DNA of 61,851 nt from Candidatus Limnocylindria bacterium (lineage in GTDB: Bacteria > Chloroflexota > Limnocylindria > Limnocylindrales > CSP1-4): positions 1 through 61,851 of the forward strand of contig DASPWU010000004.1 in NCBI GenBank assembly GCA_035637675.1, given 5' to 3'. Numbering within the stretch: the first letter of the stretch is position 1; each line of letters begins with the position of its first letter. The notes below the pieces were generated by a model. That model was not told the DNA's origin. It ran no database searches and saw nothing but the letters and a program-made list of their open reading frames with translations. A program made the translations under genes and the position numbers. Shown piece by piece: positions 9,618 through 15,851 of the stretch.

Positions 9618-10745
9618 CTACTTGAGCGTGATCGTGCCGGTCATGTTCGCGTGCACCGTGCAGACGAACGGATACTGCCCAGCCGGCAGCGCCGGCACCT
9701 GGTAGACGCGGGTCGCCACGCCGTTGAAGATCTCGCCCCGGAATGCCTCGCTGCCGTCCGCCTTCCTGATCGCCACGTCGTGAGGCGTGCCCTGGTCCTG
9801 GTTCTCGAACGCTATCGTGAACGGCTTGCCGGCCGGCCCGGTCACGTCCGCGGTGGTGAACGCGATGGCCTGCGCGACGATCGTGACGTCGGCCGCCGGC
9901 TTGCCCGCGGGCGGGGAGCCCGGCGCCCCCGATGCTCCCGCGGAAGCCGCGGGGCCCGACCCACTAGCCTCGCCCGGTGCGGGCGACCCGATCGCGGCGC
10001 CGGCACTGCCGGCGCTGCCTTTGGGCGGCAGGATGCCGGCCTGCAGGATCGCCGCGCCGACGATGACGATCGTGAACAGCGCGAACGTTCGCAGCGGGAA
10101 ACCCGGCGCCGGCGGGTTGCGCAGGTGGCCCGTCCGGTCGGCCTCCTCCGTCAGACGGTACTCGAGGCGGGCCGCGCGCCACCAGCCCACGAGCGCGATG
10201 ACGAGGCAGATGAACCCGGCCAGGATCATCCAGCCGCCCACGACGAGACCGGCCAGCAGGACCGCCACGCCGACGGCCGAGGTGAACGGCAGGAAGGTGG
10301 GGCCCGGGACGTGGACGCCCGGCGGCGGACCGCCGTGCTCGACCGTAATGGCCATCGTCCCGGAGCCGGCCACGTGCTCGTATTCGTGCATCCCTTCGCG
10401 CAGCCAGTACAGCAGCGCAAGAACGAGCGCTGCAACACCCAGGAGGGCGCCGGCCGGCCCGACCACCAGGCCGAACAGCACCAGCGCCGTCCCGGCTGCG
10501 CCGAAGAACGGCGCGAACGAGGGCCCTGGAGCGTGGACCCCCGGCGGCGCCACGGACACTCGCCGTCCGAACCCGCGCTGGCGCGGGCCGACGCGGGTGT
10601 ACGCCCAGACGAGCCAGACGAGCCACAGCACGACCGAAGCCAGCAGGGCGATCGGGATCAGCCCGACCAGGGCCCCCCAGTCGGGGATGACGAGCTTGGC
10701 CGTCAGGTCCAGGAACGCGTTCCAGAGCTGCTGCAGCTTCTCCAT
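9618..10745 (-). CDS. polytopic membrane protein: duplicated CtaF-like (oxidase subunit IV C-half-like) module fused to a C-terminal type-1 cupredoxin domain
   Basis: 375 aa. An internal repeat of PPGVH-x-PGP-S/T-F-x-PF plus two TM helices ending in EY covers about nt 10371-10550 and 10149-10331. A sixth TM helix and a G/S/A/P-rich linker follow. The 91-aa C-terminal domain (9621-9893) has ligands H (TPHDV) and C-x2-H-x2-M (FVCTVHANM). Confidence 0.8.
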   Translation of the reverse strand: MEKLQQLWNAFLDLTAKLVIPDWGALVGLIPIALLASVVLWLVWLVWAYTRVGPRQRGFGRRVSVAPPGVHAPGPSFAPFFGAAGTALVLFGLVVGPAGALLGVAALVLALLYWLREGMHEYEHVAGSGTMAITVEHGGPPPGVHVPGPTFLPFTSAVGVAVLLAGLVVGGWMILAGFICLVIALVGWWRAARLEYRLTEEADRTGHLRNPPAPGFPLRTFALFTIVIVGAAILQAGILPPKGSAGSAGAAIGSPAPGEASGSGPAASAGASGAPGSPPAGKPAADVTIVAQAIAFTTADVTGPAGKPFTIAFENQDQGTPHDVAIRKADGSEAFRGEIFNGVATRVYQVPALPAGQYPFVCTVHANMTGTITLK

Positions 10746-10775
10746 CGGCGATGTTGTCGCTGTCCCGCCGAGTGC

Positions 10776-10952
10776 CTAGACGTCGTCCGGCGTGCCGACG
10801 ACGAGGGCATACGCGGCCAGCCCCATCGCGATCCCCAGGGCAGCCAGGGTCGTCGTGCCGCCCGCATCACCGCTCAGGATGAAGTAGACGATGGCGATTA
10901 CGACGAACACTCCCCCAACCGCGAACGCGTTTCTGGGGTGCTTGAACCGCAT
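10776..10952 (-). CDS. small 2-TM oxidase-associated subunit (resembles the N-terminal half of actinobacterial CtaF/subunit IV)
   Basis: This ORF is not in the supplied track because it is under 60 aa. My translation is MRFKHPRNAFAVGGVFVVIAIVYFILSGDAGGTTTLAALGIAMGLAAYALVVGTPDDV, 58 aa. The ATG lies 9 nt after the ctaE stop and the stop lies 30 nt before the next gene. Confidence 0.6.
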   Translation of the reverse strand: MRFKHPRNAFAVGGVFVVIAIVYFILSGDAGGTTTLAALGIAMGLAAYALVVGTPDDV

Positions 10953-10961
10953 GTCGGTCGC

Positions 10962-11591
10962 CTACCTCGAGGGGATGATGTAGAGGATCGAGAACAGGGC
11001 GATCCAGACGACGTCCACGAAGTGCCAGTAGATGGACGTTGCCTCGACGGCGTCGTGATGGCGGGAGGTGAACTGGCCGCTCATCGCCCGGAAGAGCACG
11101 ACGCTGAGCATGATCACGCCGCCCAGGACGTGCGCGCCGTGGAACCCGGTGAGGGTGAAGAACGTGGTTCCGAACGTGCCGTCGGAGAGGCCGAACCCGA
11201 GCTGGCTGTAGTCGTAGGCCTGGCCGATGAGGAACGTGACGCCCATCACAAGGGTGACGGCGATCGCCCGGATCAGGCCGCGACGATCGTCCCGTCGGAT
11301 CGCCCACACGCCCAGCTGGCAGGTGAATGAGCTCGACACGAGGATGATGGTGAGGACGGCCGCCAGCCAGGGCTCGGCGTGCAGGTTGAAGCGCTCGGCC
11401 AGGTGCTCGCCCACCTCGGCAGCCGACGGCGGCCAGGTCGGCGCCGTGGCCCGCACGTTGAAGTAGGCCGCGAAGAGTCCGGCGAAGAACATCACCTCCG
11501 AGCAAATGAACAGGATCATCCCCAGGATCGGGTTGCTGATCCCGTGACGGGGCAGGTCGGCCAGGGCCCCATCGTGCGCCGTCTGGGGCAT
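10962..11591 (-). CDS. ctaE: cytochrome c oxidase subunit III
   Basis: 209 aa from ATG 11591 (MPQTAHDG...). Blocks GMILFICSEVMFFAGLFAAYF, FFTLTGFHGAHVLGG and YWHFVDVVWI are typical of Cox3. It starts 14 nt after the ctaD stop. Confidence 0.9.
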   Translation of the reverse strand: MPQTAHDGALADLPRHGISNPILGMILFICSEVMFFAGLFAAYFNVRATAPTWPPSAAEVGEHLAERFNLHAEPWLAAVLTIILVSSSFTCQLGVWAIRRDDRRGLIRAIAVTLVMGVTFLIGQAYDYSQLGFGLSDGTFGTTFFTLTGFHGAHVLGGVIMLSVVLFRAMSGQFTSRHHDAVEATSIYWHFVDVVWIALFSILYIIPSR

Positions 11592-11605
11592 GACGGTGGA
11601 CGCGC

Positions 11606-13237
11606 TCACGAGTGGCCGCCGTGGCCGCCCGTCCGGCCATGCCGGGCGTCGAACACCGGACGCTCGGACCTGATCTCCGGCAGATGGTCGAAGTTGTAGG
11701 GCGGCGGCGGTGAGCTGGTTGCCCACTCCAGGGTGTTGCCCTCCCACGGGTCGTCGCCGGCCGGCTCACCGTTCCGCAGCGAGATGAGGACGTTCCACAG
11801 GAACGGCAGGGTGGAGGCGGCGATGATGATGCTGCCGACCGTCGCCACGAGGTTGAGCTGGTTCCAGCCCGCGGTCGACGCGTAGGTCGCGATCCGGCGG
11901 GGCATCCCCTCCAGGCCCAGGATGTGCATCGGAAAGAAGGTCATGTTGAACCCGATGAGCATGAGCACGAAATGAATCTTGCCGAGCGTCTCGTTGAGCA
12001 TTCGACCGCTCATCTTGGGGAACCAGTAGTAGACGCCAGCGAATACGCCGAAGACGGAGCCGCCGAACAGGACGTAATGGAGGTGAGCCACGACCCAGTA
12101 CGTGTCGTGGAGGGCGAAGTCCACCGGCACGGCGGAACTGAAGGCGCCGTTGATGCCGCCGATCAGGAACATCGTCAGGAAGCCCAGGGCGAACAGGAGC
12201 GGCGTCGAGAACGTCAGCTGGCCGCGGAAGAGCGTGGCGATCCAGTTGAACATCTTGACCCCGGTTGGCACCGCGATCAGGAACGTCATGAAGCTGAAGA
12301 ACGGCAGGTAGACCGTCCCGGTCGTGAACATGTGGTGGGCCCAGACCGAGAACCCCAGGGCCCCGATGCCGGCCGTCGCGAACACGAAAGCCTTGTACCC
12401 GAACAGCGGCTTGCGTGAGAAGACGGGCAGGACCTCGCTGACAATGCCCATTGCGATGAGGATCATGATGTAGACGGCCGGGTGGGAGTAGAACCAGAAG
12501 ATGTTCTGCCATAGGACGGCGTTGCCGCCGGTCGCCGGATCGAAGAAGTGGCCGCCGTAGTTCCGGTCGATGAACAGCATGATGAGCGCGCTCGCCAGGA
12601 CCGGCGTGGCTAGGAGCACGAGGACGCTGGTCACGAGCGCGGTCCACACGAGGATGGGCATCCGGAACATCGTCATGCCCGGAGCGCGCATCTTGAATAT
12701 CGTGACGAGGAAGTTGATCGAGCCAAGGATGGAGCTCGTCCCGATGAGCGTCACCGCCACGAGCCACAGGTCCGTCCCCACGCCTGAGTACTTCGACTGG
12801 GCCAGCGGGCTGTAGCTCGTCCAGCCCTCCGCGGCCGCGCCGCCGGGGACGAGGAAGCCGGCCAGGATGATGATCCCGGCCAGGGGCAACATCCAGAACG
12901 ACAGCGCGTTGATCCGTGGGAAGGCCATGTCCGGCGCCCCGATCTGGAGTGGCACGACGTAGTTCGCGAAACCGGCCAGGATCGGGATGATGAACAGGAA
13001 GAGCATGAGCGAGGCATGCATCGTGAACAGCTGGTTGTAGAGATCCGGGGAGAACAGCTTGTTCTCCGGCACGGCCAGCTGGCTGCGAACGCCAAGCGCA
13101 AGGACGCCGCCGATGAAGAAGAACACGAACGAGTTGACGAGGTACAGGATCCCGATCTTCTTGTGGTCGGTGGTGGTGACCCACTCGTAGAGCGCGCTCC
13201 GATAGGTGGCGGCAGGCGTCAGCGCGGTGGTCGCCAT
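11606..13237 (-). CDS. ctaD: cytochrome c oxidase subunit I (A-type haem-copper oxidase)
   Basis: 543 aa. Blocks include HKKIGILYL, WFYSHPAVYIMIL (CuB His with cross-link Tyr), VWAHHMFTTG and HDTYWVVAHLHYV. AAGGAG lies upstream of the ATG. Confidence 0.95.
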   Translation of the reverse strand: MATTALTPAATYRSALYEWVTTTDHKKIGILYLVNSFVFFFIGGVLALGVRSQLAVPENKLFSPDLYNQLFTMHASLMLFLFIIPILAGFANYVVPLQIGAPDMAFPRINALSFWMLPLAGIIILAGFLVPGGAAAEGWTSYSPLAQSKYSGVGTDLWLVAVTLIGTSSILGSINFLVTIFKMRAPGMTMFRMPILVWTALVTSVLVLLATPVLASALIMLFIDRNYGGHFFDPATGGNAVLWQNIFWFYSHPAVYIMILIAMGIVSEVLPVFSRKPLFGYKAFVFATAGIGALGFSVWAHHMFTTGTVYLPFFSFMTFLIAVPTGVKMFNWIATLFRGQLTFSTPLLFALGFLTMFLIGGINGAFSSAVPVDFALHDTYWVVAHLHYVLFGGSVFGVFAGVYYWFPKMSGRMLNETLGKIHFVLMLIGFNMTFFPMHILGLEGMPRRIATYASTAGWNQLNLVATVGSIIIAASTLPFLWNVLISLRNGEPAGDDPWEGNTLEWATSSPPPPYNFDHLPEIRSERPVFDARHGRTGGHGGHS

Positions 13238-13247
13238 CGAATGCTCC

Positions 13248-14396
13248 TTACTTCACCGTGAGCGTGCCCGTCATCGACGGGTGGACCGTGCACACGAATG
13301 GGTACGAGCCGGTCTTGAGAGCCGGCACGTTGTAGGTCGCGTCGGCGGGGCCGGTGATGAGTTCGCCCTTGAACGCCACGCTGCCGTCCGGATTCTTGAT
13401 CTCGACGTCGTGCTGGGTTGCGTTGTCCTTGTTGGTGAAGTGGATCTGGAACGGCTTCTCGGCCGGCGCTTCGAGGGTGGCCTTGTCGAACGCGATGTTC
13501 TGGGCCGCGAGCTCCAGGACGGCGCCGGCGGGTGGGCTGCCAGGCGGTGGGCTTCCGGCGGGTGCGCTGCCGGCCGGCGGGCTCGCGGCCGGAGGAGGCG
13601 ACTTCTTGGCCTCCTCGATCTGCTGCTTGAGCCAGGCGTCGTACTCCGCCCGGGTGACCGCCTTGACCTCGAACGTCATGCCACCATGCCCCGCCCCGCA
13701 CAGCTCGGCGCACTGGCCGCGGAACGTCTGTTCTGCATCGCCCGCGTCGACGGTGAAGTCGAAGTTGTTCTCTTTGTTGGGGTCGGTCACGGGGTTGACG
13801 TCGCGCTTGAACAGGAACTTCGGCACGTAGAAGGCGTGAATGACGTCCACGCTGTGGAGCGTGACGTGGATCGGCTCGCCGACCGGAACGACCATCGTCC
13901 CGAAGACGCCATGTCCCTGCGCGTCGGTCGTGAAGAGCGGCGTCTTTCCGTCATCGCTGAGATAGGCGAAGCTCCAGGCGAACCGCTCGGCGACAGCCCT
14001 GACCCGGACGCCCGGGTGATCGCTCTTGGCCTCGACCGCGTTCAGCGTCTGCCACGAGACGACGAACAGGTACAGGACGATGATCGTAGGGATGATGGTC
14101 CAGATGATCTCGACCAGGTTGTTGCCGTGTGTCTGAGGGGGCAGGTCGGCATCGTCGGGCTTGCGCCGGTAGCGAACGACCGCGTAGATGATGGCGCCCT
14201 CGACGGCCAGGAAGATGAGGACCGCGAGGACGAACACGATGTCGTACAGGGACGAGACTTCCGCGCCCTGGGACGTCGATGCGCTTGGCGGGTAGAGCTG
14301 TGGGAACTGGGAGGCGCATCCCGCCGCCACAAGAGCCAACAGCAGCGAGGCCACGATTGCCGCGGGGCGCGTCCGCTTGTTCCTCTTGATCGGCAT
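13248..14396 (-). CDS. ctaC: cytochrome c oxidase subunit II with C-terminal amicyanin-like cupredoxin domain
   Basis: 382 aa: lipoprotein-like signal (LLALVAAGC), two TM helices and a CuA centre (H...CAELCGAGHGGM). A 28-aa P/A/S/G linker (about 13524-13607) follows. The 91-aa cupredoxin domain (13251-13523) has TQHDV and FVCTVHPSM (C-x2-H-x2-M). Confidence 0.9.
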   Translation of the reverse strand: MPIKRNKRTRPAAIVASLLLALVAAGCASQFPQLYPPSASTSQGAEVSSLYDIVFVLAVLIFLAVEGAIIYAVVRYRRKPDDADLPPQTHGNNLVEIIWTIIPTIIVLYLFVVSWQTLNAVEAKSDHPGVRVRAVAERFAWSFAYLSDDGKTPLFTTDAQGHGVFGTMVVPVGEPIHVTLHSVDVIHAFYVPKFLFKRDVNPVTDPNKENNFDFTVDAGDAEQTFRGQCAELCGAGHGGMTFEVKAVTRAEYDAWLKQQIEEAKKSPPPAASPPAGSAPAGSPPPGSPPAGAVLELAAQNIAFDKATLEAPAEKPFQIHFTNKDNATQHDVEIKNPDGSVAFKGELITGPADATYNVPALKTGSYPFVCTVHPSMTGTLTVK

Positions 14397-14572
14397 CGGG
14401 GTCCTCGAGCGCGGGCGCCGGTCGACGTCCGGACCAGGGGCACGGATGAGGGGCCACGGGGGGTCATCGCGACGGTCCCGCCAGCCGGGCAGGACCGGCG
14501 CCCATGATAACCGGAGCGGCTCGACGGCGTGACCCGCCGTTCGACCGCTCGGAGCAGCTGCGCGCCGTTCGG

Positions 14573-14710
14573 GACGCCGCGGTCGCGTGGCAGGTTCGTA
14601 GCGGAGCGCGCCGCGGTCGCGTGGCAGGTGCGTAGCGGAGGGCGCCTCGGTTCCGTGACAGGATGGGCGGCGGAGGGCGCCTCGGTTCCGTGGCAGGATG
14701 GGCGACGATG
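14573..14710. repeat. four-unit tandem array (34/34/35/35 bp) in the ctaC / ctaG divergent region
   Basis: Units start at 14573, 14607, 14641 and 14676. Units 1/2 differ at 3 positions and units 3/4 at 4. All four share the core CGTG(G/A)CAGG at a 34-35 bp period. The array ends on the ATG at 14708. Confidence 0.9.
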
Positions 14711-15832
14711 ATGGCTCGCCGACCTGTCCGTAGCCGGTTTGCCGGCCGCCGGTTCGCCGTCCGCCGGTTCGCCAGGCGCTGGTTTCGGCGGCCGGCGGCG
14801 CACATCGCCGCCGGACTCGTTCTCGCCATAGGCGTCCTCGGCGGTCTCGCGCCGCCGGTGCTTGCCCACGGGGCGAACGCGCTCCTCCCGCCGGCCCCGT
14901 CCGACTTCCTCTTCGACTGGGCGTTCGATGGCCTCGTGACGATTCCGCTCCTGCTGGTCGGCGCCGCCTACCTGTGGGCGGTCGGACGGGTCGATGCGGC
15001 GCACCCGGGAAACAGGGTGCCCCGCTCGCGGATCGTCGCGTTCCTGGCAGGCCTGGCCGTCATCGAGATCGCCCTCCAGTCGATCATCGAGCGCTACGAC
15101 ACGACGCTGTTCTCGGTCCATATGGTCCAGCACATCCTGCTCACGCTGGTTGCGCCGCCACTCCTCGCGCTCGGCGCCCCGATCACGCTCGCGTTGCGCG
15201 TCGCCCGGCCCGAGTTCCGACGCCGCGTCGCCCTGCCGATCCTGCACAGCCGGTTGCTCCGATTCCTGACGTTCCCGGTGGTGGCCTGGCTGCTCTTCGC
15301 CAGCGTCATGTGGGGCACCCACTTCTCGCCCATCTTCAACGAGTCGCTCGAGCAGCCTCTCGTCCACCAGCTCGAGCACCTCGCGTACCTCGTCGCCGGG
15401 CTGCTGTTCTGGTGGCCGGTCGTTGGCGTCGACCCCAGCCCCTGGCGGATCCCGAATCCGGTCCGGGCCATGTACCTGTTCCTGCAGATGCCCCAGAACA
15501 CGTTCCTCGCCCTGGCTATCTACAGTGCCGCCGCTCCGCTCTATCCGCATTACGCAGCGATTCGCATCCGATGGGGGCCCGACCCGCTGATGGATCAGCA
15601 GATCGCGGGCGGCCTCATGTGGATCGTCGGGGATGTCGTCTTCATCGTGGCGATCGTTCTCACCGTCGTCGGGTGGATGCGGTCCGAAGAGCGGGAGGCG
15701 CTGGGGCGCGAGCGCCGCGAGGATGCCCAGATCGCCGCAATCCGCGCCCGGGAAGCCGCCCTGGCGGACAGGCTGGCCGCCGAGCGGCTGGGCGAGGATC
15801 GGGCCGGCGACGAGCGGATCGGAGGGCCGTAG
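14708..15832 (+). CDS. cytochrome c oxidase assembly factor, Caa3_CtaG family membrane protein
   Basis: Polytopic protein with LFSVHMVQHILLTLVAPPLLALGAPITLALR and FLQMPQNTFLALAIY, as in Bacillus-type CtaG (copper insertion). Transcribed divergently from the oxidase operon. The start could be ATG 14708/14711 or the track's ATG 14663. Confidence 0.8.
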   Translation: MMARRPVRSRFAGRRFAVRRFARRWFRRPAAHIAAGLVLAIGVLGGLAPPVLAHGANALLPPAPSDFLFDWAFDGLVTIPLLLVGAAYLWAVGRVDAAHPGNRVPRSRIVAFLAGLAVIEIALQSIIERYDTTLFSVHMVQHILLTLVAPPLLALGAPITLALRVARPEFRRRVALPILHSRLLRFLTFPVVAWLLFASVMWGTHFSPIFNESLEQPLVHQLEHLAYLVAGLLFWWPVVGVDPSPWRIPNPVRAMYLFLQMPQNTFLALAIYSAAAPLYPHYAAIRIRWGPDPLMDQQIAGGLMWIVGDVVFIVAIVLTVVGWMRSEEREALGRERREDAQIAAIRAREAALADRLAAERLGEDRAGDERIGGP

Positions 15833-15851
15833 CGCCAGGCGCCGCCGCTGG

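Noticed and set aside
9618-9620. The in-frame TAG between the cupredoxin membrane protein and TlpA as programmed readthrough or pyrrolysine, producing a fusion protein.
   Set aside because: A fusion would add a seventh TM helix after the external cupredoxin and place the thioredoxin domain in the cytoplasm, where a TlpA-type CxxC domain is not expected to act. No pyl genes are visible. Sharing a frame is a 1-in-3 coincidence. The start-codon problem itself is kept as a finding.
14573-14710. Tandem and direct repeat arrays (14573-14710, 51559-51656, 61426-61525) as possible CRISPR arrays.
   Set aside because: Units are contiguous or have only one spacer. There are no uniform unique spacers, only 2-6 copies, and no cas genes in the window. 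They sit in promoter-type spacers.
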